The notes: generated by a model from the letters alone, not told the origin. A stretch of DNA of 64,000 nucleotides from Anolis carolinensis (GCF_035594765.1 NC_085841.1:247400689-247464688); one strand, 5' to 3'; positions 25,739 through 38,299 are shown, numbered from the stretch's first letter. Numbers and translations are program-made.

Positions 25739-28700
25739 TCTTAGAGGATGAGCAGCCATGAGTAGGAGTATTAGGATTACAAAAAAAGTTAGGCACATAT
25801 GGAGATATAGATGATACTTCTGAATGAACTTGTTGTCATGGACTTTATATGCACAACTCTCTTCAGATCTTAACTATATATGTTAGAATGATGTAGGTTG
25901 GTTGAGGAAATGATGACACTTTGCCAGTTCTGGATCTTAATTGGGTTCAGAGTGTTGGAGATAGATTTAGATTGTAAGTTATGTGTTTGTTTAGTCTAGG
26001 TTGACATTATGTGTTTTAGGGTTAGAAAAAGAAATTTTATTTAGTACTTTTCAAGTGTTCTTTGGTTGTAGGAGATAGAAGTATAATTCTGAGATATCTG
26101 AAGAAGAGTAGGCAATCTAAACTATGGTTATAAGTAGCATTCTCCCAGAATTTTGATTCAAATAATGAATGCTGCAAGATGGTTTAGATAGAGAATGTTT
26201 ATTTGTGATTTGGAAGTAAAGAATGGTGTGTAGGACTGTATAAGGAAATGAAAGGAAAAACAAAAGTTTCCATCTTGGATTCTTCCAGCTACATGGTTAC
26301 TTTGATATTCCTGTTTTAGTATCCTGTATTAAATATTTGCAATTATTACTGCTGTTGAAGTGATACTGCGTTCACACTACTTTTCTTTTTATATACATCA
26401 GTGTCAGATTTCCAGTTTTATTTGTAGGCCATAATTACTTTTATTATGCTTTATAAACAGCTTTTATATAGAATAATTCAGTTTGGAAGAGCTTGTTCCT
26501 TGTAACATTCAGGCATTTTAATTGGTGTTGCAAATAATACTAAATGTTTTTTCATGTTGCTATTATGCACAGAACAGTGTGGTAATACAGTTTCTCCTTG
26601 GGAGGTTGTAAAATTATTTTAGATTAGATTGGTTTGGCCTACTTTTTAATCTAATGTTTATGGAGAGTGAATCAAGGATTCCATTTTATTACATGTATGA
26701 TGTGGTTTAATCCATTTCTCTGGCTACACATAAAGACTGAAACAACTCCTGTTATGACCAGGCATTTAACTCCTTGCTGATTGTTAAATATCTGCACTCC
26801 TGTTAAAAGTCCTAGCAAACTTTGTTGAATTAAGCTTTATTGTCTGCAAGCTTGCTTATGTTGATATAGGAAACTAGCTATGTTTACAGATCAGGCTTGG
26901 CATCTTTCCTGCCAAGTAACCCTGAATTGATTGCTCCTTTAGAATTCTTGGTAGAGAGCAAAAGAGAAGACTTAATCTCTTACGCTCCTCAGACAAGTTT
27001 AGAGGTCCGCTTCCGTATTGCCATTAACATTGTGAAAAACAATACAGTTGAGGCCCCCCCTCCCATATCCAGGAATTCTGCACCCATGAATTCAACCAAC
27101 CACAGCTTGGAAATATTAATTGTTTTTATTATAATAATAATGAATAATAACGTTATTCTTATATCCCGCCCCATCTCACCAAAGGGACTCACATGGGGAC
27201 CAAGCCCAGAATACAATATAAAATACAACAGCAAAATGCATTTAGAACATATAAACATATAAAATCAAAAGGCATATAAAATACAATTAAAAACATACTC
27301 ACAGCTGACGAATAGCCAGGCACAGTGATTCCGAACAACAAAACTTGATGTTGCCACAGACAGTGACTATGCGTCCTGCAGCCATTTCTGGTACTTGTTT
27401 GAATTATTCACAATTTTATGTAAGGGATGAAATTTTACTATGTCATTATATATAATGGGACATATAGTGGATACTGAGGGCAATTCAGCAGCAGGGGCAA
27501 ATTGGCTGATTTACAGACCTTACAGGGGATCTGTAGATTGTACTCCTCAGAAATAAGTACTTCATGACATTTACATGTTTATTTACCTGAAGCATGGACA
27601 CACTGAGACTGTGGTGGTGCCTATAGCTTCATCACTTTTAGTATAAGCTGTACTAGTAGGAATCTCATCCTTGCTTATTAGCCTAGGAGCACAATAAATA
27701 CATAAAAAGAAATGTGACAGAGTGACAACCGCCACTAATCATCCTGTTGCCTGGAGACAATTGCATATGAAAAGCACCAGTTGCAGTGCATCATCATCAC
27801 AATTTCAGAGCTTTCATCACTTAGCTCATTCCTTGTTTCGTATTCTAGTGATAGTGGCAAGGATAGAGGATAACAATCCTCACTGCTGAGCTACTGTCAG
27901 TTTAATGTAGTCTTTCTTAGGCTTGTGTCACCCAGATGTGTTGACTCACAGCGGTTATTTTTTTTTTGTCAGGAACATAGCCATTGCTTGTAGTGATCCA
28001 ATTGGAAAAGTCTGTTCTAATAAGTAGCAGTTTCACATATGGAACTGAGAATTTTGCTTCTGACATCCGCTCCATACTTAGTCATAGTCAGTGTGTTTCC
28101 AGTATAACTAATTATAGATATTTGGTCATTCACAGAACTAAAATATTATGTTTTATTACACAAATTTCTAAAAAGAACAAAAACATTGTGGTCTGACATC
28201 TGACTAAACTTATATAGTCTGGGTGTCATAGGTGTGAATAAAGATGTGGGAGATACTTGTTTCAACCCTGTGTTCATTGATACTACGGCTTTTGCTCTCC
28301 AGAGTTTTCAGAGAGATGGGGCCTCAAGCTATGAATTAGTGTGTAAGCAGCACATGATTGACACTATGTCATAGAAGCTAGCATAGCCAGCAAGTTACCT
28401 TCTTGGTTGGCATAGTGCATCCCCAACTAGTTATGTTGCTAGCCAGAATTTGTATTGTGTTATTCGGGGATTCTCATTCTGACAATATTCTGCTCCTGTG
28501 GAGTGCCAGAGAAAGCAGACTATTCATACATCTGAAACCATTCTTTGACACTTTTGGAGTTGATCAGGTACCTATCTTATAGCCTTCTCTTCTAATTTTT
28601 ACCAAGAAAGCATAACAAATGGGTGGGTGTACTTTTCATTAAAAAAAGAGGGGGGAAATAATTTCCTCATTGGTATTTGTTAATGTGCAACCATGTGAGT

Positions 28701-29452
28701 GTCTATTAGCTGTTAGCAGTTTACTAACTCACATTCAAGCCATGGTTGTGAATTTAGACATCTCTTTCCTTTAAACATTTTTTTAAAGTAGTTGCAGTTA
28801 TAAAATTAATCTAAATGGAGTATAATTTTGCTTTTTTTGGTTACTACTATTGGTAAATTCTCCTGATTAGATCATCTCTTTCTACCCCCCCCCCCCCCTC
28901 TTTTTGGCCTTGGTTAAATGTGGCTCTTTGTTTAAGACACAAGTGAGCTCTTGCAAGAAAGTCTTTGCCATTATTCAAAATATTTCTTGTGTTCAAGGTA
29001 GACTTTATACTGGTCATTAGAATATCTGTAGCTGTAGACTGTGATGCCTGCCTCTTTGAGCCACATATGGGATGTGCATGCATCACACAGAATAAAATTG
29101 AAACATGGAACTACACTATAGTTTCACACTTTTCCAATACAGAAGTGTGTGATATGCAGTAGTTGTGCTAGAAGCATCTTCAGTGTGACTCAGATTCAGT
29201 CACATGTTAATTTTTAAAGATGCGGCACCAACGGGATGCTCATGGCTCTTCTATATTTTATGTTTTGTTCCTCATCTTGGGTCAACGTCTCCTTGCTCAC
29301 TTATGTAGCTGCTGAGTTGGAGGAATGGACGTGAGCTTGAATAATTGTTGCTGAAGGAAAGATTGCTAGGAGCTAGCTTTCTTCCCTCCAAGGGCTGATG
29401 AATATATGTGCTTCCAGTAATTCCTTTAAATAGTTTAAACAAACGTCTACAT

Positions 29453-30262
29453 CAGGGGTCCCCAAACTAAGGCCCGGGGGCCACATGCGGCCCATCAAAG
29501 CCATTTATCCGGCCCCCATGGTGCGCCTTCCAAAGCTCTGCTTGTTTATAATGGTATTTTAATTATTATTTAATTAATAATTAATTATTAAAGGTTGCTT
29601 TGGCAGTGCTTTTGGTGCACAAAGGCAAAAGGGGGTTGGACAAAATGGCCCAAGGGTTCTTTTCCAATCCTTATTATTATTTTTATTATATTATTATTAT
29701 TATTATTATTATTGACACAAAGANNNNNNNNNNNNNNNNNNNNNNNNNNNNNNNNNNNNNNNNNNNNNNNNNNNNNNNNNNNNNNNNNNNNNNNNNNNNN
29801 NNNNNNNNNNNNNNNNNNNNNNNNNNNNNNNNNNNNNNNNNNNNNNNNNNNNNNNNNNNNNNNNNNNNNNNNNTCACAACATCACAAGTTGAACACTTTC
29901 CCAGTGTTTAGGACTGTGCGATGTGGATGATGATGATGATGATGATTATTATTATTATTAACATTGAGGCTAGGTGACCATCTGTCAGGGGTGCTTTGCT
30001 TGTGCTTTTGGTGGACAAAGGTAGAAGGGGGTTGGACTCAATGGCCCAAGGGGTCTCTTCCAACCCTTATTATTATTATTATTATCATTGAGGCTGTATT
30101 TGTTCCCATTTGTTTTTTGTTTTTTTTTACTTCACAATAAAAGATGTGCAGTCTGCATTGGAATTTGTTTATAGGGTTGTTTTTTTTCAACTATAGTCCG
30201 GCCCTCCGATGGTCTGAGAGACCATGAACTGGCCCCCTGTTTAAAAAGTTTGGGAACCCCTG
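29453..30262. mobile_element. hAT MITE, inverted sister of 579-1504
   Basis: TIRs CAGGGGTCCCCAAACT / AGTTTGGGAACCCCTG; TSD GTCTACAT / GTCTATAT; same internal modules in reverse order. Confidence 0.88.
29724..29873. other. Assembly gap (150 N)
   Basis: Run of N inside the hAT MITE. Confidence 0.99.
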
Positions 30263-31494
30263 GTCTATATAATCAAGTGGAGTAGATTGTTGGATTTAAC
30301 AGCCTCTGAATCTGTAGAATGAAAATGCAATCAAATAGCATGCATATTAAGGGTTAATTGAAAACACATAATTGAGAACAAACTGGATATGTAAGAAAAA
30401 ATATAATTGATAATGGTGGGCAAGACGTCTTTCTTTTTTCTTTTTCAAATATTTCTTTCAAATATCAGTGTTAAAAGAGCTCAAGGCAGCATGTGGTGAT
30501 CTTATTAGGACTTACAGAAACATGCCACTGTTACAACAGTTTCATTAGCTACATGGGCACAGTTTAGGCATTTTATGTCATTTAAAGCCCTATGTGTTTT
30601 GATCTGCTGTTTCAGAAATACTGTACCATAACTCACTATAGGAGCGTGCCTAAGTTTTGAGATCACTGGTGGATTATTTTCTCCCCATCTTTCTACACTC
30701 GATTCACTCACCCCCTTACCTGATTCCCTCTATTATTCAATACATAGGGGGAAAGGGTGGGATATAAAATAACTAAATAAATATCAGAACATGGAAAGTT
30801 GTAGGAAAAAAAGGAAGACCACAGTACTTGTGGATTGATTCAAGAAAGGAAGTCACAGCCCTGAGTTTGCAAGACCTGAGCAGCGCCTTTGATGAAACGA
30901 TATCTTGGGTTTTGCTTATTCATAAGATCACCATAAATCGAAGCTGACTTTACAGCACATAAAAATGAACATTTTTAATATAAAAGTTTATTTTATAGGG
31001 TTTTTAACTATTATAGTTGATTTTAGCCACATTATGTTGCAATTTATTTTGTGGACCATCCATCATCCTATAATGGAAGAAATATAATTAGAGAATACTA
31101 AAATTACTAAGTGATATATGTATTGTGAAGCCACAAATTTATTATTGTTCTGTCTTCTAAAAATTCACTCAAGTAGAAAGTACTTCATTTTTGAAGAGGT
31201 TGCTGATTTCTTCCCTTATCCCCTCCAGTTGTCCCATCATATTGCCACATCTCAGTGATCCTTCAAAACACAGTAGAGTTGTTTGAGTGAATGCAAAAGC
31301 ATGTAGTAAGGATGAGAGCTGGAAAAGCTCCTGCACAAGGATGAAATCCATATGACCAGGAATTAAATTCTGCTGGAATTAGCTTTAATTAACCTGCAGT
31401 TAGAATAACGTTTTTGTGCACATAAAATTGGACACTAAAACATATTTATACACAGATTAAACATTACAGCATTCTGATTTTTTGTTCTGTTTAG

Positions 31495-31558
31495 GTTGAA
31501 GATTATCAAAATTTCTTTTAAGTGCAAGCAGTTTTTTATTCAGCTTAGAAAAGAATTG
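31495..31558 (+). CDS. PTPN4: PTPN4 exon I LKIIKISFKCKQFFIQLRKEL
   Basis: TTTAG acceptor, GTGAGT donor; 64 nt. Confidence 0.95.
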
Positions 31559-32006
31559 GTGAGTACTGACCTTAACCTTTGTTTCCTGATGTCCCAAAGT
31601 ATTTTTTCCTGCAAGATTATTGCCTTGCTTCTTATAGTTTAAGAGCTTTACACCTGCTTAAAAACATTTTATTTCACTAATGTTTCCATTCTTTACTTAT
31701 ATGAGGACAGGTGCTGTATTTTAATTTCAATAACCTCTGTGTTATGAAATTGTCCTTCTCGTGAAATATTTTTAGTTTAGAGATGAAGTTTGACTGAAAT
31801 AGTTGCTTGCTTCTCCAGGGACAAAGAAAGGAGGGGAGGGAGAGTGGGTGAAAAGCTAACACTTGACTGAGTTAAAAACAGGAAAAATGTTATTAATTGT
31901 GGCTTCTGAATAAAGGCAATCCTCAAGTTACAGACAAGATAGGTTCTGTAGGTTTGTTATTAAGTTGCATTTGTATGTAAGTCGAATCAGGTACATTTTT
32001 AAAGTG

Positions 32007-32155
32007 NNNNNNNNNNNNNNNNNNNNNNNNNNNNNNNNNNNNNNNNNNNNNNNNNNNNNNNNNNNNNNNNNNNNNNNNNNNNNNNNNNNNNNNNNNNNNN
32101 NNNNNNNNNNNNNNNNNNNNNNNNNNNNNNNNNNNNNNNNNNNNNNNNNNNNNNN
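32007..32155. other. Assembly gap (149 N)
   Basis: Run of N inside a Tigger-like MITE remnant. Confidence 0.99.
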
Positions 32156-34044
32156 GGTTAACACCCCTGTGATGTTTCTTTAAGGATGTTCACAACCTTC
32201 ACATTTAAGATGGAATATGGTATGGTCCATCTTATTCGGCCCAAGGATGTGGACAAGATCTTGGGAGGAATGAGATCAAACACTTGCTTTCTGCATCCTT
32301 GCCTATCCTGGCAAGGGGGACCACTGGCAAAGTGGGTGAAGGTGCTGGTTAATGCCTCCCTGACCTCCAGGGCATAATCTGAATGGGTTGTGCTGGGCCC
32401 CAGGGTATAATGCCAATCAGTTTCAGGGAGGCAGTAGTAAGACCCTTATTTAAAATACAGGTATTGAATCCTTCTCATCTGAGTAACTATCGGCCAGTTA
32501 CAAACCTCCCCTTCCTGGGCAAGGTTCTAGAGAAGGTGGTGGCCTCACAACTCCAAATCTTCTTGGATGAAACCGATTACCTGGATCCATCTCAATCTGG
32601 TTTCAGGCCTGGCCATGGGACAAGACAGCATTGATCGCCTTAGTGGATGATCTACGAAGAGAACTAGACAGAGGGAGTGTGTCCCTGCTAGTTCTCCTGG
32701 ACCTCTCAGCAGCTCTCGATACCATTAATCATGGTATCCTTCTGGGTTGTCCCTCTGGAATGGGACTGGGTGGCACTGTTTTGCAGTGGCTTTGGTCCTT
32801 CCTGGAGGGTCAGACCCAGATGGTGGAGCTGGGGGACTCCTGTTCGACTCCCTGGCTGCTGGCCTGCAGTGTCCCTCAGAGTTCAGTTCTGTCCCCCATG
32901 CTGTTTAACATTTACATGAAACTGCTGGAAGAGATCATCTGGAGTTTTGGAGTTCAGTGTCAAATTTACGTCAATGATACCCAACTCTATTACTCCTTTC
33001 CATCTAAAGCCAAGGATGCTGTCCTGCCCCTTAACCGATGCCTGTCATCAGTGATGGACTGAAGGGTTAATAAGTTGAAGGTAAATCCAGACAAAACAGA
33101 GGTAGTCCTGGTCAGTCATAAGGTGGATCAGGGTGTAGAATTACAACCTGTGCTGGATGAGGTCACACTCCCCCTGAATATGCAGGTTCGCAGTCTGGGG
33201 GTACTTCTAGATTCATTGTTGACCCTGGAACTTCGTGGTGGCCGCCTTTGCACAAATAAAACTTGTGCACCAGCTGCACCCATACCTTGAAACTCCAGAT
33301 CTAGCCATGGTAGTCCATGCCTTGGTTACATCCCATCTGGACTACTGCAATGCTTTCTATGTGGGGCTGCCTTTAAAGGTAGTTCAGAAGCTGTAGTTGG
33401 TTCAGAGATTGGCAGACAGGTTACTTACTAACTGGACTGCTGTACAGGGAGCAGACAACTCCCATGTTATGGCAGTTCCACTGGCTGCCAGTCTGCTTCC
33501 GGGCTAAATACAAAATGCTGGTCAAACTTATCTATATATATAAAAGAGTGATGGCATCACAGCAATTCACAAAACAACAAAAGTACAGGCCCCCCAACCT
33601 CAAAATTTGACAACACAACCCATCATCCACGCCTCACGGTTGATACAACAAAAAGAAAAGAAAAATAAAGTCCTAATTAGAGGGAGAGCAATAATTGTTT
33701 TTATCCAATTGCTGCCAGTTTAGAGGGCTAATCTCTGCCCACTTGGTTGCCTAGCAACCAGCCAAGGGACAGCCAGGTTTCAGTTAGGGGACAGGCAGAT
33801 TTAGGCCTCACTGAGTCTTCTTCCACAGATTATCTAATTTGCACTGGATTATATGGCAGTGTAGACTCAAGGCCCTTCCACACAGCTATATAACCCATTT
33901 ATAATCTTATATTATCTGCTTTGCACTGGATTATCTTGACTCCACACTACCATATAATCCACTTCAGTGTGCACTTTATACAGCTGTGAAGAAGGGGCCT
34001 CAGATAATCCAGTTCTGAGCAGATAATATAAGATTAGAAATATA

Positions 34045-34706
34045 CAGTAGAGTCTCACTTATCCAACGTAAACAGGCCGGCAGGATAAGTGAATATGTTG
34101 GATAATAAGAAGGGATTCAGGAAAAGCCAATTAAACATCAAATTAGGTAATCGTTATACAAATTAAGCACCAAAACATCATATTATACAACAAATTTGAC
34201 AGAAAAAGTACTTCCATGCGCAGTAATGCTATGTAGTATTTACAGTAGAGTCTCACTTATCCAACACTCGCTTATCCAACGTTCTGGATTATCCAAAGCA
34301 TTTTTGTAGTCATTGTTTCAATATATCGTGATATTTTGGTGCTAAATTCATAAATCCAGTAATTTTTACATAGAATTACTGTGTATTGAACGACTTTTTC
34401 TTCCAAATTTGTTGTCTAACATGATGTTTTGGTCCTTAATTTGTGAAATCATAACTTAATTTGATGTTTAATAGGCTTATCCTTAATCCCTCCTTATTAT
34501 CCAACATATTCGCTTATCCAACATTCTGCCGGCCCGTTTATGTTGGATAAGTGAGACTCTACTGTACTGTATTTACAAATTTACCGCTAAAATATCACAA
34601 TGAATTTAAAACACTGACTACAAAAACATTGATTATGAAAAGGCAGACTGCGTTGGATAATCCAGAACATTGTATAAGCGAATGTTGGATAAATGAGATT
34701 CTTCTT
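34045..34706. mobile_element. Tc1/mariner MITE (outer) in Helitron copy 2
   Basis: Left TIR CAGTAGAGTCTCACTTATCCAAC, decayed right TIR; same position as the MITE in Helitron copy 1. Confidence 0.8.
34243..34564. mobile_element. Tc1/mariner MITE (inner), inverted, inserted into a same-family MITE
   Basis: Both TIRs intact; TA duplicated; the outer element resumes at CTGTATTTAC (compare uninterrupted 5221-5235). Confidence 0.88.
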
Positions 34707-35132
34707 TAATATGAAATAATTACTGGGATAGAATAATGCAGAACAATATAATCTCTAAAACCAAGACAGTAAATAAACAGGGGAATTCCACACAGGAAAC
34801 AATCAGGGCCAGCTAACACCTCCCAACAAAGTATTCCCATCCTCAAAGTCTGGCAAATCCTCTGTTTTCTCAGGGCCACAGACAGTAGAAGCACATAAAA
34901 TATTGCAAACAACACCACTCTGAAAACAAGGGAATTCCAGACAGGAAACAATCAGGGCCAGCTAACACCTCCCAACAAAAAATTCACTCAGGGAGGAAAC
35001 AGCCAGGCTTTAAAGCTACAAGGCCATTACATCCTAATCATTTTTCCTAATTGCAGCATTCATACTTGCCTCCAACAAACAAAAAAAACCAATCAGAAAT
35101 ATTGTATATTCACAGCCTTTAGGAAATAATAT

Positions 35133-35459
35133 CCCCTGATGGCACAGCGTGTTAAAGCGCTGAGCTACTGAACTTCTGGACTGAAAGGCCGCAGGTTTGA
35201 ATTGGGGGAGCGGAGAGAGCCCCCACTGTTAGCTCCAGCTTCTGCCAACCCAGAAGTTCGAAAACATGCAAATGTGAGTGCATCAATAGGTACTGTTCCG
35301 GCGGGAAGGTAACGCCGCTCCATGTAGTCATCCCACATGACCTTGGAGGAGTCTACGGACAACGCCGGCTCTTCGGCTTAGAAATGGAGATGAGCACCAA
35401 CCTCCAGAGTCAGACACGACTGGACTTAATGTCTGGGGAAAACCTTTACCCTTGACCTT
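35133..35459 (+). mobile_element. Sauria SINE
   Basis: tRNA-like head CCCCTGATGGCACAGCGTGTTAAAGCGCTGAGC, body GTTCGAAAACATGCAAATGTGAG...GGCTTAGAAATGGAGATGAGCACC, tail GACACGACTGGACTTAATGTC..ACCTTTACC. Confidence 0.88.
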
Positions 35460-36105
35460 AACTACCACCAATTCCTCAATACTTTATTTCCCATACCACC
35501 AGACTTCGCCACAGCAACGCGTGGCCGGGCACAGCTAGTTACCTATAAAGCCCTAAACAATTCAGGTCCAGGCTATTTGAAAAATCAAATCTCTTTGCAT
35601 AAACCAGCCCAAGCACTTGGGTCTGTGGAGGAGGTCCTGCTCTCGGTCCCACGCCCGTCTCAAGCACGATTGGTGTGAACGAGAGAGGGGGCCTTCTCCA
35701 TGGCTGCTCCTTGCCTCTGGAACTCCCTCACTAAAGAACTAAAAATGGCCCCCTTTCTCCTCGCCTTTAAAAAGCACTTAAAGACCCATTCGTGTAATCT
35801 AGTTTATGGAGAGGAGGATTAGCATATCTGATACACACTCCTGCCCTGACAATGGATGTTTACCTCAGCTTGCTGATGTTATATTATGCTTTTAATGTAT
35901 TGTGTATTAAATGGTATGATTCTTTGCGTCTGTTATATTTATTTAGTTTAACCCATGGTTTCGGTTGTTTATAAGTCATATTGAGTTTATTTTATGTTTT
36001 GCCTTAATTGTTTATTTGTTTTGGGGCACTGAATGTTTGCCATTTTTTATATTTTTTGTAAACCGCCCTGAGTCCCTTCGGGGAGAGAGGGAGGGTTGTA
36101 AATAA

Positions 36106-36161
<56 letters not shown>

Positions 36162-36351
36162 GGTCTGCTTATCTTGCTCAATATCACCAATCAAATTACA
36201 CCCAGTATGCAGTCCCCCAAGATGGGTTGGTCATCAGTGACCTCTGTAGTATGATACAAGTGTGTTATAGCACCTCTGTGCTGTGATACAAGGGCTTTGC
36301 TCACTTTTGGTCTCTGTTTGGTGTCAAACATCCATGTCAATTGTAACATAA

Positions 36352-36353
<2 letters not shown>

Positions 36354-36434
<81 letters not shown>
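36354..36434. repeat. Compound microsatellite (CT)n(TA)n
   Basis: Directly visible. Confidence 0.98.
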
Positions 36435-36439
<5 letters not shown>

Positions 36440-36946
36440 AATTTGGAATAATTTGCTATTATTAGGAAAGCAAAAGCCCTCCTTCCTAGCTTCCTATCTA
36501 GTACGACAGCTTTCAAGACCCTATAAAGTAGCAAACTGCATGGAAATTTGTCTAGATCCATGTCTGTCTTGCACCCCTAAGCAAGGTCCCCATGCCTAGG
36601 TATTTAATTGTTTGAAAGTAGTGTATAGATACCTAAATGCCCTGCATTTCTCCTCCTCAAGAACAACGTGGAAACACTTTAAGGGGTTTTTTTTTGCGTC
36701 AGAAGGCAGCAAGGGTTGAGTGTTACAACACTTTTATCTTGCATGAAGTACACACTTGTGGATCCTGTTGAACAGCAAATAAAGAGTATTGGAAAACTAT
36801 TTGACACTCACAGGCTTGATTGGTCTTTTAGAAAATAAAATATGTATTTGTATTGATAGGTCAAAAATGTGTTGGTAGGTCAAAGATCACACAATATTTA
36901 CTGACCTGTACTAATTATTTGCACTTGCCTGATTGCAGGTATGCAG

Positions 36947-37052
36947 TTTGTCATCCCTTTAAGGATATGATTTTCTTTCTTATAAATGCTTCCAGAACAT
37001 GATTTTGTCATATAAACAGTACCAAAAACAATGCATACAGTCATCAAAGTTT
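36947..37052 (+). repeat. 106-bp exact direct repeat, copy 1
   Basis: Identical to 38194-38299. Confidence 0.95.
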
Positions 37053-37454
37053 TTTATTATTGTTTTTACTTCTGGAAGCATCCAATCATCCAGTCTAAAT
37101 CAAGTCTTATTGACATGAATGGAGGAACTGCTAATCTGATTTTAATGGTGCATAAAATGACAGCACATAAAAAGCATGCAAAACTTAGCTGCCATCCATA
37201 GAAGTATTGCTGTCGGTCTTCTGTAAAGGAAAGATTGGAATGTGTTTTAATAGAGCATATACTCAATTCATGCAGGAAGGTCATGGACAAAAATAAATAG
37301 ATTACTTATTATTGTCCTGTAGAAATTCATAAATGGTTTTCCTTTAGTCTTCATAGAAAATCCTTTGTACTTGTTGCAAAAAAGTGTTTAATAAGAACTA
37401 TGATCTACCATGAGAAATATAAATTATACTAACTTCCTCAAACGTTTCTCCCAG

Positions 37455-37627
37455 CATGAATCTAGAGAAACCTTGCTTGGATTCAACATGGTGAATTATC
37501 GAGCCTGTAAGAATTTATGGAAAGCTTGCGTAGAACATCATACCTTTTTCCGGTTAGACCGACCACTGCCACCCCAGAAGAACTTCTTTGCACATTATTT
37601 TACTTTGGGTTCAAAGTTCCGGTACTG
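37455..37627 (+). CDS. PTPN4: PTPN4 exon J HESRETLLGFNMVNYRACKNLWKACVEHHTFFRLDRPLPPQKNFFAHYFTLGSKFRY(C)
   Basis: CCCAG acceptor, GTAAGA donor; 173 nt; LWKxCVEHHxFFR FERM-C motif. Confidence 0.97.
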
Positions 37628-38115
37628 GTAAGATCTCCCTATTACATCTCTTATTGCTAGAAAGATACTTGGCCTTTTATTTGTCAAACCTTTTAAAAAG
37701 TAGAATAGAAGTAGGTGGAAGGTGTTGGGAACTTTATGGAAATTACCTTCTCTAATATTGTGTACAAGCTGTCAGAACTATCTTTTTAATTTAAAAAGAA
37801 AAGAATCCTGAACGGCCTATTAATATGACCTGTAGGAGCTAACCTGAACCATATTTTGATACAAGGCAGATCATTTCTTTCTTTCTTCCTCTTTTCAGTG
37901 CAGACAAGATTTGCTTGTAAGTTAATATAATAATCTTTTTAAACAACTACAGCCTATAGACCGAAACTCATTCACTACTGGAACAAAAATAATTGTAAAT
38001 TTCACTTCTAAACCTTGATGTTTCAGTTTTTTAAAAAAAATCCTAGGCCAATACAAAGAAATATTCTTCCTCATTCCATTTTCGTTATGACCTCAGTGTT
38101 ATATTTGATTTTCAG

Positions 38116-38184
38116 TGGGAGAACAGAGGTCCAGTCTGTACAGTATGGAAAAGAAAAGGCAAATAAGGATAGAGTATTTGCCAG
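38116..38184 (+). CDS. PTPN4: PTPN4 exon K GRTEVQSVQYGKEKANKDRVFA(R)
   Basis: TTTCAG acceptor, GTAAGA donor; 69 nt; FERM-adjacent region. Confidence 0.95.
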
Positions 38185-38193
38185 GTAAGACAT

Positions 38194-38299
38194 TTTGTCA
38201 TCCCTTTAAGGATATGATTTTCTTTCTTATAAATGCTTCCAGAACATGATTTTGTCATATAAACAGTACCAAAAACAATGCATACAGTCATCAAAGTTT
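38194..38299 (+). repeat. 106-bp exact direct repeat, copy 2
   Basis: Identical to 36947-37052; starts 9 nt after exon K ends. Confidence 0.95.

Larger units (their letters stand above)
33531..35538 (+). mobile_element. Non-autonomous Helitron (copy 2) carrying nested MITEs and a Sauria SINE
   Basis: A|TCTATATATATAAAA start; GCCACAGCAACGCGTGGC hairpin + CTAG|T end; no TSD; interrupts the L2. Confidence 0.85.
32190..36159 (+). mobile_element. 5'-truncated, frameshifted L2 LINE (RT region plus 3' end), split by a Helitron at 33531-35538
   Basis: ORF fragments NYRPVTNLPFLGKVLEK, QSGFRPGHGT, LLDLSAALDTI, VPQSSVLSPMLFNIYM, and YVNDTQLY (degenerate YADD). Sequence resumes at 35539 (TTACCTATAAAGCCCTAAAC) and ends in CCGCCCTGAGTCCC..(ATT)n. 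Outer boundaries approximate. Confidence 0.88.

Noticed and set aside
32186-33290. Reverse-transcriptase-like ORFs as an active or novel RT system
   Set aside because: Ordinary L2 ORF2 remnant: several frameshifts and stops, catalytic YADD decayed to YVND, no endonuclease or ORF1.
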